A stretch of DNA of 64,000 bases from an uncultured Candidatus Saccharibacteria bacterium. GTDB taxonomy: Bacteria > Patescibacteriota > Saccharimonadia > Saccharimonadales > CAYUUR01. The DNA lies in the NCBI GenBank assembly GCA_964448075.1, contig CAYUUR010000003.1, positions 5,610-69,609 on the forward strand, in the 5' to 3' direction. Of this stretch, positions 53,371-62,413 are shown in pieces. Position numbers and translations under genes: made by a program. Under the pieces are notes generated by a model. That model was given only the letters and a program-made list of their open reading frames with translations, had not been told where the DNA came from and searched no databases. Position 1 is the first letter of the stretch. Each line of letters begins with the position of its first letter.

Positions 53371-54192
53371 ATGGTAAAAACAACTAAATCTTCAAAAAAT
53401 TCTCCCGCAAAATCAAAAATAACTCTAGAAAACCTGCACAAATGGAACATCTGGATGGCAGTCTTGCACTTTGTCCAGGGAGTTGCTGTACTCATTCTCA
53501 GTACTTCAGCAACCCTACCAGTTATCACGAACTATCTGTCACTCGATACATTGGCTAGTGAGGCGTCCGGTCAGCCAGTCTTGGCATTGGCGCAACGGAC
53601 AGTCTTCAATATCAATCTTGCATACCTCGTGGTAGCATTCTTCTTTATGTCAGCTATTGCACATGCTTTGATTGCAACGGTATATCGTGCACGTTATGAG
53701 GCAAACCTAAAGCAAGGTATCAACAAGGCCCGTTGGATTGAGTATTCACTAAGTGCCAGCACCATGATGGTGGCCATAGCATTGCTGAGTGGCGTGTATG
53801 ATCTCTCGAGCTTGATTATGATCTTTGCGTTGGATGCCATCATGAACCTGATGGGTCTAGCAATGGAAGTGACCAACCAGGGCAAAAAGAAGCCAAGCTG
53901 GCTAACATATTGGATAGGCTGCCTGGCGGGAATTATCCCATGGGTTGTATTTGGTATTTACGTCTGGGGCGCCAGTGTATACGGCGCGGGCAACATCCCG
54001 ACTTTTGTTTACTGGATCTACGCAAGCATCTTTGTCTTCTTCAACAGCTTTGCCATCAATATGTACTTGCAGTACAAGAAAACCGGCAAGTGGTCAGACT
54101 ACCTGTACGGCGAAAAGGTGTATATGATTTTGAGCTTAGTTGCTAAGTCGGCGCTCGCGTGGCAAGTTTTTGCTGGCACGCTTCGCCCGTAA
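53371..54192 (+). CDS. Heliorhodopsin
   Basis: Seven hydrophobic helices. The ORF carries family-signature stretches as I recall them from prototype 48C12. These are RWIEYSLSAS (counterion Glu), IGCLAGIIPWV, FFNSFAINMYLQYKKTGKWSDYLYGEKVYMILSLVAKSALAWQVFAGTL (Schiff-base Lys at 54145-54147), and His residues in VLHFVQ and IAHALI. Confidence 0.85.
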   Translation: MVKTTKSSKNSPAKSKITLENLHKWNIWMAVLHFVQGVAVLILSTSATLPVITNYLSLDTLASEASGQPVLALAQRTVFNINLAYLVVAFFFMSAIAHALIATVYRARYEANLKQGINKARWIEYSLSASTMMVAIALLSGVYDLSSLIMIFALDAIMNLMGLAMEVTNQGKKKPSWLTYWIGCLAGIIPWVVFGIYVWGASVYGAGNIPTFVYWIYASIFVFFNSFAINMYLQYKKTGKWSDYLYGEKVYMILSLVAKSALAWQVFAGTLRP

Positions 54193-54204
54193 ATGTAGCA
54201 AGAC

Positions 54205-55668
54205 ATGAGAAGGATTACGCTTTCGACCAGGGTACTAGAAGTAGGCGTCTTTGCTGTACTTCTCGGTCTTCTGTTAATCAAGTACGTGCTAATCGTGCAC
54301 ATTACCAGTAGCCCAGACGAACTACTGCGTACATACAAATTTGTATACACCGATAGTTTTGATTGGTTTGCAAATGGCTTACGGCTTTTTGATAACCCAA
54401 GCGTTACCATGCGTAACCCTGGGCTTCCATTGGTGATTAGGCTTTTGTCTGAAGCGGGTGCTATATATCTCTTGCCGCTACTCAACCAAATGGCATTTCT
54501 CAGTATGGTGATAGCGATCTATTATAGCCTTAAAGTCTTAACAAAACATACTCTGGTTTCAATGGGCACTGCATTGCTGGTGTTCGCGAACTTTACCTGG
54601 GCTACTTTTGCTAACTACCTCATGGCAGATATTTATGCAATCACTGCGTTCTCGTGGGCTATATACTTTACACTTACCAAACGCTATAAGGCATCCTTTG
54701 CATTACTCGGCGTTTCGATGCTATTTCAAAACTTCGGGTACTTACTCTATCCATTTTGGGTAGCGTGGTATTTGCTTCAACAGCGCACAGAATTGAAACT
54801 ATGCTTCAAAGACAGTCCACTAAATCATTACAAAAGATACTTCAATCTATTCCTCCCAATCATATTGCCGGTCATAATTATTCTGCCTTGGCATGTCTAT
54901 AAATGGGTGAATTTTGCAAACCCACTATATACAAAGATTGATCAAATGGCCTTGTTGCGGTTTCAAACGAAGTTGCTCTCATATTATTCGCATGTTGCAC
55001 TCAGGACGCTCGGCGTACTACTGGTACTCACGCTAATACTTGTTGTCTATGCCGTCGTCAAGCGGCGGTTTGTGCTTAATGATAGGTCGCTTCTATTTGT
55101 GATGATTGGCTTCCTATTATCTGCCGGATTCTGGTTTACATTCTATGACTGGCCAGACGTAAGGTTCATGCTATACGTTACGCCGTGGTTCTACTTGCTG
55201 GCAGGCTATCTAATCTTTGTCACGCTCGGAAAGGTACGCCCACTACTACTTGTCTGTATTTTTGGAGTGCTTTTTTATCACGCATCGCTTCCGAGTACAG
55301 CAAAGGTAACAACGAAACAACTACCGTTAATAGATGATTACTACGTTGCATATCGGGACTACGGAAGTATGTTGCATGCAAAGATTGCACGCAATAAAGA
55401 CTACCGATACCCAACTATGAATATCTCTCCAATACTATACGATGCATATAAAAAACGCGCATATTATCGCTCTGAATACGGCGGAAAATATACTAATGCT
55501 GTGGCATATATTGATGCTAACTATGATTTTTCTCGACAATGCTTTAGAGTGTTAGCAGGCGAAACATACACCATTAACGCAGTGTTACAAATCCGCTATA
55601 ATAGCGACATTGATAGGCATGCAAAAGTATGCAAACAGAATACGACAGGAGACTATGAAAACGACTGA
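54205..55668 (+). CDS. Polytopic membrane protein, probable GT-C-fold glycosyltransferase (ArnT/PMT/YfhO-like)
   Basis: About 11-12 TM helices. An Asp-containing first loop (YTDSFDWFANG) and a C-terminal soluble ~110 aa. The call rests on topology plus genomic context. Confidence 0.4.
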   Translation: MRRITLSTRVLEVGVFAVLLGLLLIKYVLIVHITSSPDELLRTYKFVYTDSFDWFANGLRLFDNPSVTMRNPGLPLVIRLLSEAGAIYLLPLLNQMAFLSMVIAIYYSLKVLTKHTLVSMGTALLVFANFTWATFANYLMADIYAITAFSWAIYFTLTKRYKASFALLGVSMLFQNFGYLLYPFWVAWYLLQQRTELKLCFKDSPLNHYKRYFNLFLPIILPVIIILPWHVYKWVNFANPLYTKIDQMALLRFQTKLLSYYSHVALRTLGVLLVLTLILVVYAVVKRRFVLNDRSLLFVMIGFLLSAGFWFTFYDWPDVRFMLYVTPWFYLLAGYLIFVTLGKVRPLLLVCIFGVLFYHASLPSTAKVTTKQLPLIDDYYVAYRDYGSMLHAKIARNKDYRYPTMNISPILYDAYKKRAYYRSEYGGKYTNAVAYIDANYDFSRQCFRVLAGETYTINAVLQIRYNSDIDRHAKVCKQNTTGDYEND

Positions 55669-56377
55669 AAAAGTGCGTCATTACGAAGGTGCTGACCTTG
55701 AATCTATGGCTGAAGCCAAAAACTACTACCAGTGGATGACAGAGGAATTCAAGCCGTTTATAAAGGGAACGGTCGTCGAAGTCGGAGCTGGCGTGGGCAC
55801 GTTTACAGAGCATCTTGCTGACTTAAAGCCAAAACAGCTCTATGCCTTTGAGCCAACAGAAGAAATGGGCCCCAAACTCGCCCAAAACATGAAGCGTCGC
55901 AAGAACGTTGTAGTTGTACAGGATTACCTCAAGTCACAGCTCAAGCAGCTGAAGGGCAAAGCTGACGTGGTGATTTATATAAACGTTCTAGAGCACGTCG
56001 AACGTGATGCTGAAGAGTTAAAGACGGTGTTTGAAGTCCTCAAACCAGGCGGTTCGCTGCTCATCTACGTGCCGGCGCTACAGGGTTTGTATGGTAGTTT
56101 TGACGAGCAAGTGGGCCATTATCGCCGTTATAGTAAACAAGAAATGCGTGACAAGCTGGAGGCAGCTGGCTTTAATGTAAAGCAGCTGTATTATTCAGAC
56201 ATTTACGGCATGCTGCCGTGGTTTGTTAACTTTAGAATACTGAAACAGCGCCGTTTGAATCAAACGTCTATCCGAATCTATGATCGCTTTGCAATTCCTG
56301 TAATCAGATTCCAAGAAAAGCTATTCAAGCCGCCAGTTGGTAAAAACCTCTGGGCTATTGCTAAAAAGCCAAAGTAA
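55655..56377 (+). CDS. Class I SAM-dependent methyltransferase
   Basis: Motif I VVEVGAGVGTF. CAGGAG lies before ATG 55655, which overlaps the upstream gene by 14 nt. Confidence 0.75.
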   Translation: MKTTEKVRHYEGADLESMAEAKNYYQWMTEEFKPFIKGTVVEVGAGVGTFTEHLADLKPKQLYAFEPTEEMGPKLAQNMKRRKNVVVVQDYLKSQLKQLKGKADVVIYINVLEHVERDAEELKTVFEVLKPGGSLLIYVPALQGLYGSFDEQVGHYRRYSKQEMRDKLEAAGFNVKQLYYSDIYGMLPWFVNFRILKQRRLNQTSIRIYDRFAIPVIRFQEKLFKPPVGKNLWAIAKKPK

Positions 56378-56378
56378 A

Positions 56379-57128
56379 TTACTTAGCAAGCAAGTTGTAG
56401 TAGAAGATTTCCCTGAGTGCTTTTGCGCCGTCACGGAAGGCATGCATTTTTTTGCCTTCTTCGAGTGTGCGGGCGTGGTAGCTGATTGGCACAATGCCAA
56501 ATTTCAAACGCCGGCCATCTAGCTTGTAGCGTGAAAGTCGTGCCGTTATCTCTGGTTCGAGTCCAAAACTGCTTGTTGCAGTTATCTTTGCGGCAATTTC
56601 ACGGGCGACATCACCACGAATCATCTTATAACAAACTTCCATGTCAGGGATTTTGACGCGGATGCGCGGGTACGTGAAAAGGTTTGATGTGCATGATAGG
56701 AACCGATTCCCAAAATAGTTTTGCCAATATATGACTTTGTTCTTTTCGCCAAAACGGTTACCGTACACAACATCGAGCTTCATTGACTCCATGAGTTTAA
56801 GAAGGCGAAGGATCTCTTGGGGGTCGTATTCAAAGTCAGCGTCCTGGATGACCACAATATCACCAGTTGATTGCAGCAGACCGTTGCGAACAGTTTGTGA
56901 TTTACCGGAGTTCTGCTTGTTGTTAAGCAGGCTTACGTTTTTGTACTGCTTGCTGAGTTTGCTTGCAATTGTTTTGGTTTTGTCGGCAGAACCGTCGTTA
57001 ACGATGATTATCTCTGTAGAAATGTGACTCGGAAACTTCACTGCCAGAACACGGCCGATGAGTTCCGCCAGAGTTTTTTCCTCGTTATAGGCAGGTACGA
57101 TGATTGATAAAGTTTTGTTTTTTGCCAT
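56379..57128 (-). CDS. GT2-family polyprenyl-phosphate glycosyltransferase (GtrB/DPM1-like)
   Basis: LSIIVPAYNEE, NDGSADKT, DxD in IQDADFEYDP. Soluble GT-A of 249 aa. Confidence 0.8.
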   Translation of the reverse strand: MAKNKTLSIIVPAYNEEKTLAELIGRVLAVKFPSHISTEIIIVNDGSADKTKTIASKLSKQYKNVSLLNNKQNSGKSQTVRNGLLQSTGDIVVIQDADFEYDPQEILRLLKLMESMKLDVVYGNRFGEKNKVIYWQNYFGNRFLSCTSNLFTYPRIRVKIPDMEVCYKMIRGDVAREIAAKITATSSFGLEPEITARLSRYKLDGRRLKFGIVPISYHARTLEEGKKMHAFRDGAKALREIFYYNLLAK

Positions 57129-57129
57129 G

Positions 57130-57573
57130 CTAGACTCCTTCGGGTGATGATTTGTGAAAAATTAGAAAACGCATACATAGGTAACTACTGACCATTTGCA
57201 CGGCAGCCACGATAATCTTTGAAACCGGAATTGGCGCGTGCGAATTATTGACAAGGAAGTTAAATACAAGCGTGTTATAGACCACAAGGTTAAAGCCCTG
57301 CAATGCAACGAACGACACGAACTGGCGCTTACGGCGGTGACTATCAGTAATCTGGAACGTCCAGCGTTTCTGTAGAATAAAGGCATAGACTACTGCCGTA
57401 ACTGTCGAAATAACATTGGCCACGAGAATATTACCAAAGAGCATAACGCGAAAATCGCAGACATAGACGAGGAAGTTGAGGATGCCAAAGTCAATAAAAA
57501 ATGCTGACAGACCAACAAAAGCAAAGCGCATCGGCTGAAAGTTAAGTCGTAACGTCGCGGTAGTTATTTTCAT
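57130..57573 (-). CDS. GtrA-family membrane protein (putative lipid-linked sugar flippase)
   Basis: Four TM helices and RFAFVGLSAFFIDFGILN N-terminus. There is a 1-nt gap to the GT2 gene. ATG 57573 is preferred over 57609. Confidence 0.7.
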   Translation of the reverse strand: MKITTATLRLNFQPMRFAFVGLSAFFIDFGILNFLVYVCDFRVMLFGNILVANVISTVTAVVYAFILQKRWTFQITDSHRRKRQFVSFVALQGFNLVVYNTLVFNFLVNNSHAPIPVSKIIVAAVQMVSSYLCMRFLIFHKSSPEGV

Positions 57574-57685
57574 GCAATGTGTGTTTATGTGTGCGCAGCA
57601 GCGCAGCAAACAGTACTCTCGTTAGTTTGTATTAGTTCCTACATATACTACCAGATTCTGTAGTTATTGCGTACACTGACTATAG

Positions 57686-58960
57686 ATGAAAACACCATTA
57701 GTCCACGAAGTTACTATAGAAAAGCTTGTACATGGCGGACAAGGCCTTGGTGTCTTGCCCGACGGACGCAAAGTGTTTGTGTGGAATGCGCTGCCTGACG
57801 AGAAGCTTACCGTTCAGGTCACTAAGTCACGCAAGGACTATGCTGAGGGCATTGCTGTTGATGTGCTTGACGCTTCTTCTGAGCGTATTGAGCCAGTCGA
57901 CGATGCCTACATGAGTACGAGCCCCTGGCAAATTATGAATTTCGCTGCAGAAAACACGCATAAAGCATCAATACTAGAAGAGACATTCGCGCGCGAAAAG
58001 CTAACCATGCCTAAGCTAACATTTGAGTCAGCCGGTTCTGAACTGCATTATCGTAATAAGATGGAATATAGCTTTTGGGCTGATGACGATGGCTTGCATT
58101 TGGCACTGTTCAACCGTGGAACTCACGGTAAGCGTATCGTAACGGGCAGTAGCATTGCTCGCCCAGAAGTCGATGAAACGGCTGTAAATATATGCAAAGC
58201 GCTCAACGATGCTAAGATCCGCGGTAGTCAACTGAAGACCGTTATCGTCCGCTGTAATCAAGCTGGCGATACGGTTGCGGCGTTGTTTGTTAAAGACGAA
58301 GCATTTCCTAAAATTCCTGCACTAGAAAGTCTAGCTAAAGGTGTTGGCGTGTATTACTCGACGCCAAAAAGCCCAGCAAGTGTGCTTACCAAAAAGCTCT
58401 ACCAATACGGTGACGTTAGCTTGGAAGACAAGGTACTGGGAACGACAATCCGTTATGATGTGAATTCGTTCTTTCAGGTGAATCTACCGGTATTTGACGT
58501 GGCTTTGGAGCGTATTAAGCAGCTTACCGATGGAGCAAAGCAGAAGATTGATATGTACAGCGGCGTCGGAACCATTGGCGTACCAATCGGTGACACTACT
58601 ACATTAGTAGAACTCGATCCTCATAATATAGTGATGGCTAAGCAGAATGTTGGAGACCTGCCGATTGAAGTGGTGCAGGCAAGCAGCGAACAAGCGCTCG
58701 AGTTTGTCACATCTGAGGCGACTATCATTGTAGATCCGCCGCGGGCAGGTTTGCATGCCAAGCTGGTCGATAGATTGCTTGAACAAAAGCCAAAGTTGCT
58801 TGTTTACCTCAGTTGCAACCCAGTGACGCAGGCTCGCGATGTTGCTGCGCTACAGAATACTTATGAAGTTACTGAATTTGCTGGCTACAACTTTTTCCCA
58901 CGGACACCGCATATAGAGTCACTTGTTGCTCTACGACTAAAGGACGATAGGAGCAAATAA
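57686..58960 (+). CDS. TrmA/RlmD-family RNA (uracil-5)-methyltransferase
   Basis: TRAM-like N-terminus, DPPRAGL, and catalytic Cys in YLSCNP. Confidence 0.8.
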   Translation: MKTPLVHEVTIEKLVHGGQGLGVLPDGRKVFVWNALPDEKLTVQVTKSRKDYAEGIAVDVLDASSERIEPVDDAYMSTSPWQIMNFAAENTHKASILEETFAREKLTMPKLTFESAGSELHYRNKMEYSFWADDDGLHLALFNRGTHGKRIVTGSSIARPEVDETAVNICKALNDAKIRGSQLKTVIVRCNQAGDTVAALFVKDEAFPKIPALESLAKGVGVYYSTPKSPASVLTKKLYQYGDVSLEDKVLGTTIRYDVNSFFQVNLPVFDVALERIKQLTDGAKQKIDMYSGVGTIGVPIGDTTTLVELDPHNIVMAKQNVGDLPIEVVQASSEQALEFVTSEATIIVDPPRAGLHAKLVDRLLEQKPKLLVYLSCNPVTQARDVAALQNTYEVTEFAGYNFFPRTPHIESLVALRLKDDRSK

Positions 58961-59580
58961 TGGCGCGGCTTGTTTTTGACTTTGATGGCACGCTGGCAGA
59001 TAGCCTGACTGTTGCGTTGGAAGTTGTGAACAGTATGGAGTTTACGCGCCCATTAACGCTCGATGATTACTACGCGCTGCGCAATCTGCCAACTCGCCTT
59101 ATTCTCAAAGATTTGGGCGTGCCTGTATGGAAGGTGCCTAAACTCGCCGCGCGTGGCAAGCAGCTACTGAATAAACAAGCCCATCGCCTGACGCCGTACC
59201 CGGGAATCCAGACGCTTATCACCCAGTTGCACAAGGATGGTCATCAACTATCGATTGTGAGCTCAAATAGTCCAGAGATTGTGCATAATTTTCTGGAACG
59301 CTACAAGCTAGAGAAGTACTTTGAATCTGTGACTGGCAATGTTGGTGTATTTGGCAAGACAGCAATTCTCAAAAAGCTGCGCAAGCAGTTTGAAAGCGAC
59401 GAAACGGCATACTACATTGGTGACGAAACCCGTGACATTGATGCGGCCCGCAAGTCGGGTCTACAGATGATCGCTGTCGGTTGGGGATATAACGGGGTTG
59501 AAGTTTTACGTAAACGCATGCCAGAGTATTTAGTTATGAAACCGCAAGAGATTCGCGACATAGCGAAGGGTAACGGATGA
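58960..59580 (+). CDS. HAD-superfamily hydrolase (phosphatase)
   Basis: Motif I FDFDGTLADS; motif IV GDETRD. Confidence 0.8.
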   Translation: MARLVFDFDGTLADSLTVALEVVNSMEFTRPLTLDDYYALRNLPTRLILKDLGVPVWKVPKLAARGKQLLNKQAHRLTPYPGIQTLITQLHKDGHQLSIVSSNSPEIVHNFLERYKLEKYFESVTGNVGVFGKTAILKKLRKQFESDETAYYIGDETRDIDAARKSGLQMIAVGWGYNGVEVLRKRMPEYLVMKPQEIRDIAKGNG

Positions 59581-60269
59581 GATTGCATCGCTTTTACGTG
59601 GGGCCAGAGCAAGAGCTCGATCATTACATCTGGCTCAAAGACGAGCGGATATTATATCAATGGCAAAAGGTACTGCGATACCGAGCTGGCCAGCAGGTTA
59701 TTTTGTTTGACGGCGTCATTCACGATCGCCTGTATGTGATTACAGAAATCAAAAAAGACGCGGCGCACCTAGAACTAATCACTGACTTTGAACGTAAACT
59801 GCCTGCTAAAAATGTCTATCTGCTATGGGCGCTACTCAAAAAAGACAAGAATGACTGGGTGCTGCAGAAATGTACCGAGCTCGGTGTTAGTCACTTTGTT
59901 CCAGTCCTGGCTGAACGCTCTGAAAAAACCGGCTTTAACCTTGAACGTGCCCAGAAAATTGTGATAGAAGCCGCCGAACAGTGTGGTCGCAGCGATATCC
60001 CTAAAGTGCGCGAACCTGTGCTGTTGCCAGCCGCAGTGCATCAATATGCCCAAAAAGTTCCGTTGTTTATGTGTGAGCAAGAATCATTGGGTAAGAAGAA
60101 GCAGCCAAACTACGCTGATGTAGGCGTGCTCATAGGTCCCGAAGGTGGCTGGTCAGATAATGAGAAGCAACTTTTCCTGAGCGCCGAACTACCGCGTTTA
60201 TCCCTCGGCGACTTCACCCTCCGTGCTGAAACAGCTGCAGTCGCAGCAAGCACAAAGCTGCTACAATAG
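59577..60269 (+). CDS. rsmE: 16S rRNA (uracil1498-N3)-methyltransferase RsmE
   Basis: MRLHRFYV start; SPOUT C-terminus IGPEGGWS. Confidence 0.85.
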   Translation: MRLHRFYVGPEQELDHYIWLKDERILYQWQKVLRYRAGQQVILFDGVIHDRLYVITEIKKDAAHLELITDFERKLPAKNVYLLWALLKKDKNDWVLQKCTELGVSHFVPVLAERSEKTGFNLERAQKIVIEAAEQCGRSDIPKVREPVLLPAAVHQYAQKVPLFMCEQESLGKKKQPNYADVGVLIGPEGGWSDNEKQLFLSAELPRLSLGDFTLRAETAAVAASTKLLQ

Positions 60270-60275
60270 GAGCAC

Positions 60276-61049
60276 ATGAATTATTGGAGGGAACGGAGCC
60301 AGCCGTATCAACCTGGTCAAACTACGCCGTTTAAGGTGTCACGCAGCAAGATAGAGCTGTTCGTGCAGTGCCCGCGCTGTTTTTGGCTAGACACGCGCCT
60401 CAAGATAACTCGGCCCAACACACCGCCATTCAACATCAATAAGACTATCGATGAACTCTATAAAAAAGAATTCGATGCGCATCGTGAAGCCGGCACGCCA
60501 CACCCAATCATGACAGATAATCAGATAAAAGCTGTGCCAATGCAGCACGAAAACATGGAAACCTGGCGCCATAACTTTACGGGCATCGTGACGATTCACA
60601 AACCAACCAACCTCCACGTCTTTGGGGCGATTGATGATTTGTGGGTGGGTGACGATGGCAAAGCGATTGTGGTAGATTACAAAGCAACCTCTAAAGACAA
60701 AGAAGTCTCCATCGACTCTGATTGGCAGATGAGCTACAAGCGCCAGCTAGAAGTCTACCAATGGTTGCTCCGCCAGAACGGTCTTGATGTCAGTGACACC
60801 GGATACTTTGTCTATACTAACGCCCGGATTGACTTAGATGGTTTTAACGATCGACTCGAATTCAAAACCAAACTGATTCCATACACGGGCAGTGACGCTT
60901 GGGTCGAGCCGACGCTTCAAAAAATGAAAGACTGTATGGAAGGCGACATGCCGCCTGTCGGCCAAGCAGCCATGGGTGGCGACTGTGATTATTGTACCTA
61001 TGCTCGCAAACGCACCGAACTCACGCTAAAACATCTCAAGAAAAACTAG
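60276..61049 (+). CDS. PD-(D/E)XK nuclease-family protein with Cas4/AddB-like Cys motifs
   Basis: GAIDDLWV...VVDYKAT core and RQLEVYQWLL. CPRC lies near the N-terminus and CDYC near the C-terminus. Confidence 0.6.
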   Translation: MNYWRERSQPYQPGQTTPFKVSRSKIELFVQCPRCFWLDTRLKITRPNTPPFNINKTIDELYKKEFDAHREAGTPHPIMTDNQIKAVPMQHENMETWRHNFTGIVTIHKPTNLHVFGAIDDLWVGDDGKAIVVDYKATSKDKEVSIDSDWQMSYKRQLEVYQWLLRQNGLDVSDTGYFVYTNARIDLDGFNDRLEFKTKLIPYTGSDAWVEPTLQKMKDCMEGDMPPVGQAAMGGDCDYCTYARKRTELTLKHLKKN

Positions 61050-61057
61050 CCTACGCC

Positions 61058-61066
61058 TGTTATAAT
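61058..61066 (+). promoter_or_regulatory. Extended -10 element 6 nt from the serS start codon (leaderless candidate)
   Basis: TGTTATAAT at 61058-61066, ATG at 61073, and no SD. Confidence 0.5.
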
Positions 61067-61072
61067 ATAAGT

Positions 61073-62401
61073 ATGATAGATATACAGTTCATCCGTGAAA
61101 ATGCCGACTTGGTCCAGGAAAAATCAGAACAAAAAGGCTACAAAGTAGACGTCAAAAAACTGCTCCAGCTGGATGAGCAACGCCGCCAGTTACTTACTGA
61201 AGTAGAAGCCTTGCGTGCGGAACGTAACGAACTGACAGCTGCCGCAAAAGGCAGCAAACCCTCCTCAGAACAGATAGAAAAAGGCAAGTCACTCAAAGAA
61301 AAAATCGCCAAACTAGAGTCAGAGGCTGAAACTGTTGGCCACGATTTTCTAGAGCTCCATAAAGCAGTACCAAACATGCCGCTTACAGAAGTGCCTATCG
61401 GCAAGACTGAGGATGAGAACGTGGTTACCAAGAAAGTTGGCGAACCTACCAAGTTTGATTTTGAGCCGAAAACTCACGCTGAGATAGCCGAAGCAAAAGG
61501 TTGGCTTGATAAAGAGCGGGCCGCCAAAGTGACTGGCGCACGTTTTGCGTACCTGAAAGGCGACTTAGTAAAACTACAGTTTGCCATTGTACAGTTTGTG
61601 ATGGATAAGCTGTCTGACGAGGCATTTCTTGAACAGGTCATTAAAGAGAATAACCTTAAGGTGAGCAGCAAGCCATTCGTGCCCGTCTTGCCTCCATACA
61701 TGATTCGTACTGAACTGTATGATGCGATGGATCGGCTAGAACCTAGAGATGACCGTTACAAAATTGAGGATGAAGATTTATGGCTGCAGGGCAGTGCCGA
61801 ACATGTGCTAGGCAGCATGTATGCCAACGAGATCTTGGACGAGAAAGAACTGCCGCTGCGCTTTATCGGCTACGCAACCAGTTTTCGTCGTGAAGCAGGC
61901 ACGTATGGCAAGGATATGGAAGGTATGTTCCGTATGCATCAGTTCGACAAACTCGAGATGGAAAGTTTGGGACGTGCAGAAGACGGGCTTGAAGAACATA
62001 AGTTTATGATTGCTATTCAAGAAAAGATCATGCAGCTTCTAGAAGTCCCATATCAAGTGTTAACCAAATGTACTGCAGACATTGGTAAGCCAAATGCGAG
62101 TGGTGTTGATATTGAAGCGTGGCTGCCAGGACAGAGTAAATACCGCGAAACGCACACTGCTGACTATATGACAGACTATCAGACACGAAGACTAAATACG
62201 AAGGTGCGTAAGATGGCGAGCATGGGTGAGGTTACCTTAGGTCAGAGTCATAAACTAGAACTAATTCATACAAATGATGCGACGGCCTTGCCACTTAGCC
62301 GTGGACCGATCGCTATCATCGAAAACCATCAGACCAAAGACGGGCACGTAGGAATCCCAGCGGCTCTACAGCCGTATATGGGCGGAAAGACACAAATCTA
62401 A
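61073..62401 (+). CDS. serS: Seryl-tRNA synthetase
   Basis: N-terminal coiled-coil tRNA arm; class II motif 2 SFRREAG. The ORF-track start at 60992 lies inside the upstream gene and is rejected. Confidence 0.95.
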   Translation: MIDIQFIRENADLVQEKSEQKGYKVDVKKLLQLDEQRRQLLTEVEALRAERNELTAAAKGSKPSSEQIEKGKSLKEKIAKLESEAETVGHDFLELHKAVPNMPLTEVPIGKTEDENVVTKKVGEPTKFDFEPKTHAEIAEAKGWLDKERAAKVTGARFAYLKGDLVKLQFAIVQFVMDKLSDEAFLEQVIKENNLKVSSKPFVPVLPPYMIRTELYDAMDRLEPRDDRYKIEDEDLWLQGSAEHVLGSMYANEILDEKELPLRFIGYATSFRREAGTYGKDMEGMFRMHQFDKLEMESLGRAEDGLEEHKFMIAIQEKIMQLLEVPYQVLTKCTADIGKPNASGVDIEAWLPGQSKYRETHTADYMTDYQTRRLNTKVRKMASMGEVTLGQSHKLELIHTNDATALPLSRGPIAIIENHQTKDGHVGIPAALQPYMGGKTQI

Positions 62402-62413
62402 GGAGGTATTACT

